Of a DNA stretch of 64,000 nt, positions 14,343-27,805 are shown piece after piece. Positions within the stretch are counted from its first letter, which is position 1; each line of letters begins with the position of its first letter. Both the position numbers and the translations under genes were made by a program. The notes below the pieces were generated by a model. The model was not told where the DNA came from and made no database searches. It worked only from the letters and a program-made list of their open reading frames with translations. This stretch comes from Octopus vulgaris (taxonomy: Eukaryota), in the NCBI GenBank assembly GCA_951406725.2, contig OX597817.1, positions 107,942,001 to 108,006,000 on the forward strand, given 5' to 3'.

Positions 14343-15124
14343 TGAGAGAGAGAGAGAGAGGGGGAGAGAGGGAAAGAAAGAAGGAGGAAGGCAAAGAGGG
14401 AGAGAGAATGAGTGAGACAGAGAAAGAGAAAGAAAGAAGAGCCTGACAGACAGACAGTAATTATATCTGTCTGTCTGTCTATCTGTCTGTCTGTCTATCT
14501 GTCTGTCTGTCTGTCTGTCTGCGTTCGTGTGTGTATGTATGTGTGTGTGTGTGTGTGTGTGGTGTGTGTGTGTGTGTACCAATGTCTAACTTGTCGCTCT
14601 ATCCATTACTGTAATAACTTCGCCCCTTTCAGACTTAGATGAATAAGTAAATAAATAAAAGGGATCAATTGCCCAGACAGTGAAATCTGAAATCAAAGCA
14701 TGCACACCTGAGAGAGATAGGCCTTCTTAGCGATAATAGCTATACGAATACCTTTTGTTCCAGCAGCAGTCAGGTCATTCTAGTTTTCCTTCCCGCTACT
14801 CCTGTCATCCAAGCAGACACGGAAATGTTTTGTTACAAGCTGAAGGACATTAACCCCATCTAGACCTTCCCGATCTCTTGTTTCTTTCGAGATCCACCTC
14901 CTCTCCCTGTCCATTTTTCAAGTATTTCTTTCTATGTTTTTTTTTTTATATTATTGCCTTCTTTTGAATTCTTATTTTAGCCTTTTCTTACATATCATTA
15001 CTATTCACCTCTTTTTCCAAGTTGTAAACCTTACTGAACAGCTAAGAAATACAATTCCCCTACTTCGAAAATTATTATTATCATAGTTGTTCTTTTTTTT
15101 TTTTTTTGCTGTAGTTGTTGTTAA

Positions 15125-15325
15125 GGCGGTAAGCTGGCAGAATCATTAAAACGCCAGACAAAACGCTTAGCAGCCTTTCATCCGTGTTTACGTTTTGAGT
15201 TCAAATGCCACCGGCGTCAACATTACCTTTCATCACTATCGGAGTCGATAAAATAAACACTAGTTGGTTATTGGGGTCAATGTAATCGACTGTTCTATTC
15301 CCCGAATTTCAGGCCTTATGCCTTT
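15125..15325 (+). mobile_element. SINE family B
   Basis: Family consensus followed by an ATT tail. Confidence 0.8.
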
Positions 15326-15339
15326 ATTATTATTATTAT

Positions 15340-15815
15340 TGAGTGAGAGAGCAGTTCATGCCATCAAAGTGACACTGGGGTAAAATATACGAAGCCCAAT
15401 ATACCCAACATGACTACCCGTCTGATAAAGGTACACCAGGCACATGCATCACAACCATATGTGCGCGACATGGTGATCTCATATCAAGATAAACAGCACA
15501 TGACCTTGCAGGTGGGGCCCAGTTAGAATTTTCTTCAGGTTGAGTAGCCCATCCCGCTCAAAAGGTCCCTGAATAAGGGTTGTTTAAGGATGTTGAAAGA
15601 ACCACCCATGTTTCCAGAGGTGAACTATTCAAACCCCAAAGAATCCCTCTCAACACATGGCTATGATGCTCCCCCACTACTTCTGCTCGTGATCAGAGAT
15701 GCACATATCGTCAGCCACTAAGGGACATGCTCAACTGGTTAAGGTCAAACAACTGACAAGCAAATCTGTGGTATTGAGCAGAATATTTGCTGTAGCCCAT
15801 CTTTTATACCAAGAC
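15340..15815 (-). mobile_element. ~475-bp dispersed non-coding retroposon (second copy at 20452-20920)
   Basis: Colinear similarity to 20452-20920. The reverse complement ends CTCTCTCACTC + (AAT)n, which suggests minus orientation. Confidence 0.7.
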
Positions 15816-16114
15816 TTAGCCCATCTTTTATACCAAGACTGTAGCCCATCTTTTATACCAAGACTGTAGCCCATCTTTTATACCAAGAATGTAGCCCATC
15901 TGTTATACCAAGACTGTAGCCCATCTTTTATACCAAGACTGTAGCCCATCTTTTATACCAAGACTGTAGCCCATCTTTTATACCAAGACTGTAGCCCATC
16001 TTTTATACCAAGAATGTAGCCCATCTTTTATACCAAGACTGTAGCCCATCTTTTATACCAAGACTGTAGCCCATCTTTTATACCAAGACTGTAGCCCATC
16101 TTTTATACCAAGAC
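15791..16114. repeat. 25-bp minisatellite TGTAGCCCATCTTTTATACCAAGAC, about 13 copies
   Basis: Tandem repeat of the terminal 25 nt of the adjacent element. Confidence 0.95.
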
Positions 16115-16210
<96 letters not shown>

Positions 16211-16212
<2 letters not shown>

Positions 16213-16547
16213 AGAAATATTAAAATTACTAAGTCTCTCTAAAGGAGATTACGGCAGCGTTACTGGATATTAATAGTTATCGCCATACTAATATGGCAGT
16301 TTAAATATAAGACTAAAGCTATCGCTGATTAGCTCCAAGAGGCCACCGCCTCTAGCTAGCTATATGACACACGAACCTGCGTCCATTACAACCTTCGAAC
16401 AGGGGAGGTCAGCCGCTTCACCTTGCTAGTCAGACATCTGCAGACATGTTTCAGGGTTGTTGCCCCTTATCAATGCAGCATAGTCAGAACCAGCAGGTGT
16501 CGCTACTGACTGTCTGTTCGAAGATTTTATTTACCTAGTTACAGTCA
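16211..16547 (-). mobile_element. Diverged solo member of the 362-bp HHR family, inserted in (ATT)n
   Basis: Colinear with 9529-9860; ATT runs on both sides. Confidence 0.85.
16437..16479 (-). ncRNA. Type I hammerhead ribozyme (U3-A8 variant)
   Basis: Reverse complement: GCTGCA TTGATAA GGGG CAACAA CCCT GAAA CATG TC TGCAGA. Confidence 0.75.
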
Positions 16548-16549
16548 AC

Positions 16550-16587
<38 letters not shown>

Positions 16588-17125
16588 GCAGAGAAGGAAG
16601 GCAGCTCTTTCTCTGCTTTGTGGCTGTGGCAAAAGAGGCTGTTTGATGGACCCGTTTGAAAGGTTTGAAGATAGGCACATTCCTGCCTGGTGAAGCCCTC
16701 ATCAATTTCTTCTAATATCATTTGAAGAGGAAAGTGAGGATAGAGATGGATAGAGATGGAGTGTTTATCAAAAGATGGTTGACAGTGGCAAGACTGGTGA
16801 GACTGAATAGATCTACTCTGAATATGCTTTTCTAAGCATTTTCCCATGCTTTGGAGATGGCAGAGTAAGCCGGGATTTTTGTGTGGTGTTTACCCCGGAT
16901 TACCCTAAGTGGACTGCCCCGTTATTGGGGATTCTATTTATTTATTTATTACTTGTTTCTCTACTTTCTATTATATATTCTCCATGATATCCTTCAATGT
17001 GGCAGTATCTCCCTTTGATTGATGTTAACTCCACATGTTTTTGTAATTTTTTGTGTTGTAACTCGTCCTTTGACTAAACCCGGAACCATGTCTTTTTGGG
17101 CCCTTGTAGCCAATAAAAGAAATCA
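16588..17125 (+). pseudogene. 3' end of an L1/Tx1-like LINE (ORF2 C-terminus and 3' UTR)
   Basis: Translates EGRQLFLCFVAVAKEAV*WTRLKGLK...LINFF*YHLKRKVRIE...FIKRWLTVARL, resembling an L1/Tx1 ORF2 tail. Ends GCCCTTGTAGCCAATAAAAGAAAT + (ATT)n. Confidence 0.65.
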
Positions 17126-17167
17126 TTATTATTATTGTTGTTGTTGTTATTATTATTATTATTATTA

Positions 17168-17209
<42 letters not shown>

Positions 17210-17214
17210 GTGGT

Positions 17215-17405
17215 GGTGGTGGTAGAATCGTTAGCGCGTTGGACAGAATGCTCAGTAACAATTATTCTTCCGGCTTTATGTTCTGAGTTCAAATTCGATT
17301 GAGGTCGATTTAACCTTTTATTCTTTCGGAGTCGATCACATAAGTACCAGTTGAGCACTGGATCAATGAAATCGCGAAATTGCAGGCTTTATTCATATAG
17401 TACAA
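17215..17405 (+). mobile_element. SINE family B (diverged)
   Basis: Family consensus. Confidence 0.75.
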
Positions 17406-17957
17406 GCAGTTTTTATATGAAATATACAATATCATATAAGCATAAATGTAGTTGTGTAATTAACAACGACGCTTCTTAAAACACCTTGTTTCGCAACACA
17501 AACGTTAAAAATTATTTAATAAAGATATTAAGCTAGCATTTGTTGAAAATATGACAATTGGACGCCTCTTCGTTTCCAAAGTCCTTTGTCAAAAGTAGAT
17601 TTCTATAAACAAGTGTCCGGTCGTGTCGTAGCTTTGGCTGAGGGACGTGGTGTCTTAGATTCCCCTTACACCATTGAATCGGCGAATCATGTGTATTGTG
17701 AACATACATCTTCCAAAAGGAAGAGGCATTCTCCAGTGGCAAAAAAAAAAAACAATGATCAGATACTCACGTTCAAATCTCCTAGACCTTGAATGCGTTG
17801 TTAGGTTATTATTAAGAATGCATCGACAGGTTATAACATGGAAGCCTTTTCCTACAAAGTGAGACAACTAAGGAATAAAAGTAAAATAACAGACAGTTGT
17901 GTGTTAGATGCTATAAAACTTCTAGTGTAACGTTGTCATTATTAAAGTTGGGTTTAA

Positions 17958-18170
17958 GGCGATGAGCTGTCAGAATTGTTAGTACGCTGGGCAAAATGAT
18001 TAGCGGCATTTCGTCCGCTTACGTTCTCAATTCAAATTCCGCCGAGGTCCACTTTGCCTTTCATCCTTTTGGGGTCGATGAAATAAGTACCTGTTATGCA
18101 CTGGGATCGATGTAATCGACTTGTGCCCTCCCCAAAATTTCAAGCCTTGTGTTTGTAGGAGAAAGGGTTA
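17958..18170 (+). mobile_element. SINE family B
   Basis: Family consensus. Confidence 0.85.
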
Positions 18171-18191
18171 TTAAAGTTGGGTTAATTTTTT

Positions 18192-18624
18192 ATTTGTTTC
18201 AGTCATTAGACTGTGGTCATGCTGGGGCACCGCTTTGAAGAGGTTTCGTCGAACGAATCGACCCCGGTACTTATGTTTTTAAGCCTGGTACTTATTCTAT
18301 CAGTTCCTTTTGTCGAACCGCCAAATTACGAGGACGTAAACACACCAACACCGGTTGTCAAGTGGTAGTGGGGAACAAACATAGACACAAAGACACAGAT
18401 GCACAGAACAAAGAAATGCACGCGCACGCTCACACACACACACATACATACATACATATATACGACGGGCTTCTTTCAGTTTCGGTCTAGCAAATCCACT
18501 CAAGAAGGTTGTGTCAGCTCGAAGCTATAGCAAAAGACACTTTCCCAGGGTGCAACGCAGCCGGACTGATCCCAGATTCATGTGTTTGGGAAGCAAACTT
18601 TTTACCATACAGCCGCGCCTGTGC
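18192..18624 (-). mobile_element. SINE family A, full length
   Basis: Reverse complement of the 8225-8630 type. Confidence 0.85.
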
Positions 18625-18920
18625 CCATATTCATTAAATATATTAATTATATTCCTAATTAACGTAAGCAGAACATGGCTATTGACTACTCAGGCGTATC
18701 AAATGCTAACTGAATAGAATTACAACGATTAATAAGAAATAGACACTTTCCGGCAATATTATGGTCATCAAATACAAACGACTTTAACTTGGTTATAGCG
18801 AATATGTTAAGTTGGAAGAAGACATGAGTTGTGCAGATGGAACCTGAAGGAGTTGCACTAAAAACGTTTGCTGTAAGGAATCACTTTGGCAAAACAATTT
18901 TCCCAAGGATATCTATGTCT

Positions 18921-19166
18921 TTAGCCGAGTTACACTCCACAAACACGAGTAACCTTAACGTAGTTCTCAGGGAGAATCAGCGTGACACAGAGTGTGATAA
19001 CGCTGGTCCTTTGAAATACAGGTACTACTCATTTTTGCCACCTGAATGGACTGGAGCAACGTGAAATAAAATGTCTTGCTCAAGGACACAACGTATAGCC
19101 GGTAACTGAACTCACGACCTTACGTTCGTGAGCTGAATACCCTAACCACTAAGCCATGCGCCTTCA
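18921..19166 (-). mobile_element. Third tRNA-derived SINE family
   Basis: Reverse complement GGCGCATGGCTTAGTGGTTAGGG...GAGTTCAGTTACC (A and B boxes), then GTGTCCTTGAGCAAGACA. Confidence 0.75.
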
Positions 19167-19334
19167 CATACATACATACATGCATACATGCATACATACA
19201 TACATACATACATACATGCATGCATACATACATACATACATACATACATACATACATGCATACATACATACGTACATACATACATACATACATACACACA
19301 CACACATACATTATATATTATATTGTATGTATAT

Positions 19335-19500
19335 GCGCAGGAGTGGCTGTGTGGTAAGAAGCTTGCTCCCCAACCACATGATTCCGGGTTTAGTCTCACT
19401 GCGCGGCACCTTGGGCAAGTGTCTTCTGCTATAGCCTCGGGCAGACCAAAGCCTTGTGAGTGGATTTGGTCGACGGAAACTGACAGAAGCCTGTTGTGTA
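19335..19500 (+). mobile_element. SINE family A, 5' half
   Basis: Family consensus running into (CATA)n. Confidence 0.8.
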
Positions 19501-19577
19501 TACATACATACATACATACATACATACATACATACATACATGCATACATACACACACACACACACATACATACATAT

Positions 19578-19608
<31 letters not shown>

Positions 19609-19873
19609 CATACATATTTTAAAAATCCATGCTGGTTTGAAAAGTTTGAAAAGTTTAGTAGAGTAAATTAATTGACATCAGTATTTTTTTTAAAGCCTAG
19701 TACTTGCTCTGTCGTTTTTTTTTTACCGAACCACTAAGTTATAGGGATATCAACAAGCCAACACCTGTTGCCAAGTGGCGATGGAGGACAAATGCAACCA
19801 CAAAGACACACATGCATAGATTTATTCATACATACACACACGTACACACACACACACGGACACACACGAATAA

Positions 19874-19913
<40 letters not shown>

Positions 19914-20451
19914 GTATGTATGTGTCTATGTATGTATATATATATATATGTATGTATGTGTATGTATATTTATATATGTGTGTGTGTGTATATCTGTGTG
20001 CCTATATATATTTTGTCTCAAAAATAGAACGTAGATTAAGATGAGATTTCCTCTCTTCCTCTACTGATACTCCACACTGACACACGCGCACACACTCCCC
20101 CCGCGCGCACGCACACACATCTGCTTGCTGACGTCATGAATTGTCTCCATTTCTCACGAATGATGGAAATTGCTTTACTGTCGTCACAATAATCAATATT
20201 TTTCGGCTTTCAATATTCCAGGAAGCAGAAATCAAATGGAAAAACATTTGAAGTAAAAGACTTGTGTTAAAGAGTCCATTAATCGATGCAATTTATTGCC
20301 ACAATGTACAGTTTTTTGCTAAAATTCTCAAAAAGACAAGTGGACTTTGAATTTTAGTACTATAAAAATGCATACTCCAACGTATGTATATTATAAAAAA
20401 TAGTTCATGACATCCTTGCGGTCAATAAAGAAACGATCTCATTATCTTTAC

Positions 20452-20920
20452 TGAGTGAGAGAGCAGTGCATATCATCAAAGTGATCCTGGGGTAAAATAC
20501 ACGGAGCCCAGTATACTCAGCATGACTATCCGTCTGATAAGGGCACACCAGGCACATGCATCACAACCATATGTGCGCAACATGGTGATTACATATCAAG
20601 GTTAAACAGCACATGACCTTGCAAGTGGGGCGCAGTTAGAATTTTTTTCAGGTTGAGTAGTCCATCCATCTCAGAAGGTCCCCGAATAAGGGTTGTTTAA
20701 AGATGTTAAACGAAACTCCCGTGTTTCGAGGGGTGAATTATTCAAACCTCAAAGAATTCCTTTCAATATATGGCTACGATGCTCACCCACTACTTCTCGT
20801 GATCAGAGATGCACATATCGTCAGCCACCAAGGGACATGCTTAACTGGTTATGGTCAAACAACTATAGCTTGTCAATAGTATTGAGCAGACTATTTGCTG
20901 TAACCCTTCTTTTATACCAT
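20452..20920 (-). mobile_element. Second, more diverged copy of the ~475-bp element
   Basis: Colinear with 15340-15815. Confidence 0.7.
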
Positions 20921-21529
20921 GATCCTTTCGGGATCGATAAATAAAGTGAAACATTGGGGTCGATGTAATTGACTAATCTCTCTGCCCCGAATTTCAGCTG
21001 AGAGGATTATTATTATTATTTAGTAGAAAGGATTATTATTATTATTTAGTAGAAAAGATTATTATTATTTTCATATACAAACAACTGATTAGACTGTTGA
21101 AAAAGAAAAAAATCCTAACATCGGGCTACAACAAGTAATCTTAGATGACAAGAACCTTACTAAGTATCCTAGCTTTCCCTAACAACACTATTTTCTGAAC
21201 CTGTACTTAATTGGGTTTTATATCCATCTGTTCAGATCTTTAGGAATAGCTCACAGTGCACCTATGACTACTGGGATACATTTTACCCGCACTTTCCAGT
21301 GTCTATGTAATTCAATGGCTAGGTCCTGGTAGTTAGCTATTTTTCCTATACCTCTCATATTGATTTTTTCATTTTTGGGGGACTGCAAAGTCAATTATCT
21401 GGCACTTTCTACACTCTTTATCTACTACTACTATATCAAGCTTACATGTATGGTACATTTTAGTGATGTGCTAAGTATTTTAGAAAAAGCAGCTGAGGTA
21501 CAATGTTCCAATGTCCTATACTGGTGTGA

Positions 21530-21730
21530 AGGCAATTATTTGGTGGCTTGTATGTCAACGCGTGATAGCCAACACAGTTACATGTGAACAATGCAATAAT
21601 CCTGCACGACTAATGAGTTGTAGAGAAAAGACCTACGGCAAGCGGTGGCGTTGTTCTTGTGGATTCACTGGGACAATACAAGCTAATTCCTTTTTTCAGA
21701 ATAGCTATTTGACTACCAGTAATAATTTAA
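21530..21730 (+). pseudogene. Merlin/IS1595-like transposase N-terminal zinc-finger fragment
   Basis: VIANTVTCEQCNNPARL...GKRWRCSCGFTGTIQANSFFQNSYL fits the CxxC...WRC...SIRxxSFFxxSxL pattern of ISXO2/Merlin transposases. Confidence 0.6.
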
Positions 21731-22036
21731 CTAATGTACGTATGTGTAAGAGGCTATCCGTAAAACGAAATTATGTCCCACATATTTTTACATGAAATTA
21801 AAGGGTGTCACTGTCGTTGCTTCCGGTTTCTATCACAATTTATTTTAATTTTTCTTTGAGGATAATGCACTTTTTTACGGCAGCAAACTGCATAATAAAC
21901 CATGTCTGAATGCTACGGTACGCAATTATATTTTCTGTCATTTATTATGGGTGGAGGTGCTAAATCGGTACTGTTATAAACTATGCTCCGATCATTTCTT
22001 TTTTATTATTCATTATTATTATTATTATCATCATCA

Positions 22037-22112
<76 letters not shown>

Positions 22113-22309
22113 GGCAGCGAGCTGGCAGAATCGTTAGCACACAGGGGGAAATGCTTAGCGGTATTTCGTGTGCCGCTATGTTTTGAGTCCAAATTCCGCC
22201 GAGGTCAACTTTGCCTTTCATCTTTTCGGGGTCGACAAATTAAGTACCAGTGAAACACAGAGGTCGATGTAATCAACTAGTCTTCTCCCTCAAATTTCAG
22301 GCCTTGTGG

Positions 22310-22356
<47 letters not shown>

Positions 22357-22565
22357 GAGAGCCGGCAGAATCGCTAGAGCGTCGAAAAAATGCTTTGCCG
22401 TATTTGTTTATTTTCTGAGTTCAAATTCTTCCGAGGTCAACTTACCTTTCATTCCACTGGGATCGATAAAATAAGTACCACTCAAGTATTGAGGTCGATA
22501 TAATCAACTAATCGATTAACCCCACTCCCACTAAAATTGCTTGTCTAATGCCAAAATTTGAAACA
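22113..22565 (+). mobile_element. Two SINE family B copies in (ATT)n tracts
   Basis: 22113-22310 and 22355-22565. Confidence 0.8.
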
Positions 22566-22619
22566 TTGTCGTCGTCATCATCATCATCATCATCCTCATC
22601 ATCAAAGCCATCGTTTCAG

Positions 22620-23400
22620 CAAGCCGGTCTTCATCCAACCATTTATGTTGAAAAAACGACTCACATCAGAAGACTATCTCAGATTTTCTTTCTTCCCTTA
22701 CATCTCAAGAACCTGCATTCAGAATATGGCTGGCTGTTTCTTTTTTAAATCCATAGTCTACTTAAAGATAAACTACGATTTTGTCGATGTTATATTTCAT
22801 GTAATTAGTTCTCAGGGGTTTCCACTGTACTACTCTTTTTTGTTGCTTCAGTCTTGACTTCAACGTTCCACATCCATTCTAATGGTACTTGCTAATTTAC
22901 TCTACTTTCTATGTTACTCATAGATTGGCCATTCATTACTTTATCTACCCGCTTCATCTCTCTCTTTCGCCATTCTTTTCTTATAACCATTCTTTTCAAT
23001 GGAACTTTCGTCTGTAAAAGGTCTCTTGTTTTATTTCTACCAACAAAGGTTCAACACTGTTCTTTACGCACCAACCAAGATTATTGCCTAAACTTTTTAT
23101 ACAGTTGTTCGTAATATATCAAACTTCTTCCATTTCTGATTCTCGTAGAATAATTCAAGCGAAATCACTTTTTGGATACAGTGAATCATTCAAGATGATA
23201 GCTACCGCATCTTTTTATGTTTGCCCTTTCCATATCTTCTTAGAGCAGCTGCAACCCGGGTGCGTTTTACCACACACTTCTAGAAATCCCTGTTCTTTAT
23301 CAGCTTTTGTAGGTTCTCAGATTCATGTGTGTGTCTTAGCCAATAACATGACATGAATTTCGTTGAATGGTCTTCATCCTTAATGGTTGTACAGAAGTCT
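22620..23400 (-). pseudogene. Decayed R4/Dong-like (RLE-type) non-LTR retrotransposon fragment
   Basis: Reverse-complement peptides NNLGWCVKNSVEPLLV, DKVMNGQ, PLRTNYMKYNIDK and KKETASHILNA fit the post-RT and zinc-knuckle region of R4/Dong elements. Confidence 0.65.
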
Positions 23401-25097
23401 CCAAAATATAACATCTAATATGTTCAGATATATAACTGTATGGGAAAGAGGTGGTAAACTGTCGGTGACTGTGGAACTAAAAAAGAAAGAAGCAGAAAAA
23501 AAACATTTATCCCATTGTTTAATTTTAAAAACGTTTTTAACGTGTCACATTTATTATGTTTTTGTTTCTTCTCTCTTTTATTGAGAATTGTATTTGTCTT
23601 GTAAATGACTTGATCTGACAGTGTGTATTGAAACTGAAACAATCATATCATTATAGAACATTTGATAATATAAAACTATCAAGTTTACATTAAATTTCTA
23701 TTTGGTTTGTAAGACGTAAAAATTGCCCTCGCATAACTGCAGCGTGATCGCTGAGACTGTTTCTCTAGTCTGTCTTTTCATTTTTAGACAAAGTTTATTC
23801 TTTTCCTGAACGTCATTCACAATCACAAAATAGCTGCGAATATTTCACAGCACGCCCGAAAAAAGAAAAGTGTAAATGTACAGAAACAGCACGTTTCACA
23901 CAGATAACAAACAAAACTACTTTTCTAAGTACAACACAAAATATCAGTATCAGCTACAAAAGGTAGGATTTAACACTGAATATGTCGAATGGAAATGCTG
24001 TAAACAACAACAGCAAAAAAAACAACAACCAAAACTGCAACAAACAAAAGCTGTAACAATAGTATACATGCATATATTACAGTAAATGTAAATATAGACT
24101 ACGTAACGTTATCTTACACAAATGTAGAAGAAAAAACTCTTGATGCAAAACATTTTGCTGGAGAAACAAAAGCTTCGCAACATTTTCCATAAAAGGCAGA
24201 CACCATCCAAGAGGAGAAGATTATCTTAATTGTGCTTAGCCAACTCAATGCTCGCTTTTCTCGTTCCATCTAGGACGGATTTGGAAATTTCATTCGCCTA
24301 GAAGAGGGAAGGCGTATGATGTCATAGATATTACCTTCAAAACAGACGACAGAGCAAAAGCGCTGGTCCAAATTGTGCGTGACACACCTGTTCATAAGAT
24401 GTTTCTGCAATATTTGGGAAGAGGAAATAAAAGGGCCGCAGTTCGGATTATCTGGGACTGTGTCGATCCCTGGCTAATAGCTACTTTGGCAGCACAATTT
24501 AGGCAAGCGAATGTGTCGACGATATCACGCTATGTGAGATTGCTGTGGACATATAAGTCCTCATGATTCAACAAAACTGCGACGCAGTACCAGAATTGTG
24601 TCCTATTGTGGGTTCTGAGAGGAAGGCTTTAAAACTCAGCATCCAAGGTATCCCGGGCTCAGCAGCTGCACACATGATAACTTAGACTCATTAAGCGCTT
24701 TCTGCATAGAAAATCTAAAATAACGAAAGCAAATGGATTTTAAATTTATATATAAATACTTTGTTTAATTATTGCGTTTTATTCTCCTTTTATATTCTTT
24801 CTGTGAGAATATTTGTTTTCATAGCTTGTTAATTTTGTCCTATTACATATTGGATAAAGTTTCACTTCACCTCTCGCCTTTATGACTGGCTCCACACATT
24901 TTAAAAAGTCGTTATTCCCTCGAAATTAGCTGGCCTTGTACTTAAGGCTGTGAAATATACGTAGCTATTTTGTGTTTGTGGATGACGTTCAGGAAAAGAA
25001 TAAACTTTGTCTAAAAATGTATAACCATTATCCTCCTCCACCTCCTCCTCCTCCTCGTCGTCGTCGTTGTCATCATCATCATCATCATTATTATTAA

Positions 25098-25306
25098 AGC
25101 GGCGAGTTGGCAGAATCGTTAGCCTATTGGGCAATATGCATAACGGTATTTCGTCCGTCTTCGAGTTCTCATTTCAAATTCCGCCGAGGTCGACTTGCCT
25201 TTCATCCTTTCGGGGTCGATAAAATAAGTACCAGTTGAGCACTGGGGTCGATGAAATCGACTTATACCATTCCCCGAATTTTCTGGCTTTGTGCCAAATT
25301 TGAAAC

Positions 25307-25363
<57 letters not shown>

Positions 25364-25812
25364 CATTATTATTATTATTATCATTATTGTTGTTGTTGTT
25401 GTTGTTGTTGTTATTGTTATTATTATTATTATTATGAAGGCGGCGAGCTGGCAGAATTGTTAGCACGCCGAGCAAAATGCTTAGCGACATTTCGTCCGTC
25501 TTTACGTCCTCAGTTCAAATTCCATAAAGGTCGACATTGCCTTTCATCCTTTCGGGGTCGATGAAATAAGTACCAGTTGAATACTGGGGCCATGTGCCAT
25601 TATTAATTAAGGCGGTGAGCTGGCAGATTCGTTATCTCGCCGGGCAAAATGCTTAGCGGCATTCCTTCCGTCTTTGTGTTCTGAGTTCAAATACAACCGA
25701 GGTCGACTTTACCTTTTATCCTTTCGGAGTCGATGGAATAAGTACAACGATGCAATCAACTAGTCCCCTACTTCAAAAGTTGAGGCCTTGTGTCTATAAT
25801 AGACAGGATTAT
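25098..25812 (+). mobile_element. Cluster of three SINE family B copies with ATT/GTT microsatellite
   Basis: 25098-25307, 25439-25592 and 25611-25812. Confidence 0.85.
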
Positions 25813-26091
25813 CATAATTTTTTGTCATTATTATTCTTCAGGCAGAAAATGATGGCACAATTGGTAGATCGTCGGATACAATGACTCGTTTTTATTTATT
25901 TATGTCCCTTTATATTATAATTTCAATTCAAATTGTGATAGACTTAACTCTTCGTCTCTCAGCAGTCGAACACTGATTCAACAAACCTACAATCAAACGC
26001 ATTCCTGTCACGATCATACTCTCGTTTATAGATGTAGGCATAATAGTGTGGGGGAAGTTTTGAGTCATTATTAGTTTCATTTACACTTATG

Positions 26092-26152
<61 letters not shown>

Positions 26153-26167
26153 CATATATATACACAC

Positions 26168-26247
<80 letters not shown>

Positions 26248-26581
26248 CACACATATATGTGTGTGCGTAAGATTTCTTTTTTATGGAAGTGAAACTGAAA
26301 CTTTAGAAAAGGTCATCCCGAGGGCAGGAAACAAAAGTCACAGACTTCAGCATCGTGTTGATGATTCAGTGACATATTTTATGCTAAATAACTCTGTCTC
26401 CATCAACTGAAATCAAACAGGTCAACTGACGTAAATAGTTCCATTTTAACAGCTTGTATTAGATTATCTCCAAAAATTCGTTAAAATAGCTTACGTAGAA
26501 TAACACCGTCATCAATATTATTATTAAATATGTTGACCTTGTGCCAAAATTTGAAATCACTATTATTATTATTAAATATAA

Positions 26582-26877
26582 GGCGGCGAGCTGGCAGAAT
26601 CGTTAGCACACAGAGCGAAATGCTTAGCGGTATTTCGTCTGCCGTTAGGTTCTGAGTTCAAATTCCGCCGAGGTCGACTTTGCCTTTCATCCTTTCGGGG
26701 TCGATAAATTAAGTACCAGTTACGCACTGGGGTCGATATAATCAACTTAATCCATTTGTCTTTCCTTGTTTGTCCTCTTTGTGTCTAGCCCCTTGTGGGT
26801 AGTAAAGAAATTGGTATTTCGTCCGTCTTTAAGTTCCGAGTTCAAATTCCACCGAGGTCGACTTTGCCTTTCATCTT
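26582..26877 (+). mobile_element. SINE family B with LINE-like tail, plus partial second body
   Basis: Tail TTGTCCTCTTTGTGTCTAGCCCCTTGTGGGTAGTAAAGAAAT, then a restart at GGTATTTCGTC. Confidence 0.85.
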
Positions 26878-27048
26878 TGAAGAATTTTTAGTCGAATGAA
26901 TCGACCCCACCACTTTTTAAAGCCTGGTACATAATCTATCGATTCTTTGTTGAACTGCTGAGTTACGGGGATGTAACACACGAAAACCAGTTGTCAAGTG
27001 GTGCAGGGGAGACAAACACAAGCACACACAGAAATGTGTGTATGTGTG

Positions 27049-27087
<39 letters not shown>

Positions 27088-27300
27088 TTGTGTGAGTGTG
27101 TGTGTGCGTGCGTGTATGTGTGTGTATGTGTGTGTATGCATATATGCGTCAGACTTCGTTCAGTTTCCGTCAACCACACCTACTTACAAGGTTTTGGTCA
27201 CCTCGAATCCTATAGTAGAAGACACATGACTAAGGTACTACGCATGGGACTGAACCCGGAAACCTATGGTTGGGAGGCAAACTTCTTGCCGCGTCTGCGC
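26878..27300 (-). mobile_element. SINE family A
   Basis: Family consensus with internal microsatellite. Confidence 0.8.
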
Positions 27301-27580
27301 TTACTCATGAAAAATAAAAATAAAAGTTTAAGTCATAAGACCAAAACAGTTCAATATAAAATTCATAGTTGTTCTCAGTACAGATGTGCCTATTTAGGGT
27401 CTTACGCACCTAAAACCCTTCCCCAAAACTGACAGAGAGGCTGTCTCGTGAAAATATCATACTGAGCTGATGACGTAATCTTAAGTAGATTTTTGTCAAC
27501 TGCTTTCTCTCAGTGATATGAATCCGTCAGCAGATGGCTTTATTTGTTATTTCATCTCTCCTAAGCTAGGGAACATTTTT

Positions 27581-27805
27581 TTGTTTAGCCCCAGGCCACC
27601 CCTGATCCAGTAGAACTAAGAACAAAGTAACTGATATTACGGATTTTCTTTGATGTTAGGTTTTTGTTTATGTTACGGTTTTTTTTTTCGTACTTCGAAC
27701 TGCATTACCCAATATATCGTTTTAGGTAGTGGACTAGGATTTGAGGAAATTTTTCTATTCTTTCTAGTAGGTCAAGTAACGGAATGAAGGAACTTCCGTT
27801 GACAT
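27581..27805. mobile_element. Dispersed repeat family C (also ~2510-2660, 5725-5840, 29861-30055, 37085-37220)
   Basis: Shared TTTAGCCCCAGG...CTGATC..GCAGA.CTATGATCA and TTTGGCAGCTATTTCT.GCAGGTC blocks. Confidence 0.55.

Noticed and set aside
15640-15770. HDV-like ribozyme at the 5' end of the ~475-bp element (minus strand)
   Set aside because: Only partial pairing; no convincing P2 or J4/2.
15791-16114. CRISPR-like array
   Set aside because: Repeats are directly adjacent with no unique spacers, and the context is eukaryotic.
17540-17830. Very old RTE-type RT fragment (VDFYK...)
   Set aside because: Too degraded to call by eye.
24150-24566. Possible L1/Tx1 ORF1 fragment
   Set aside because: Only vague resemblance; no diagnostic motif.
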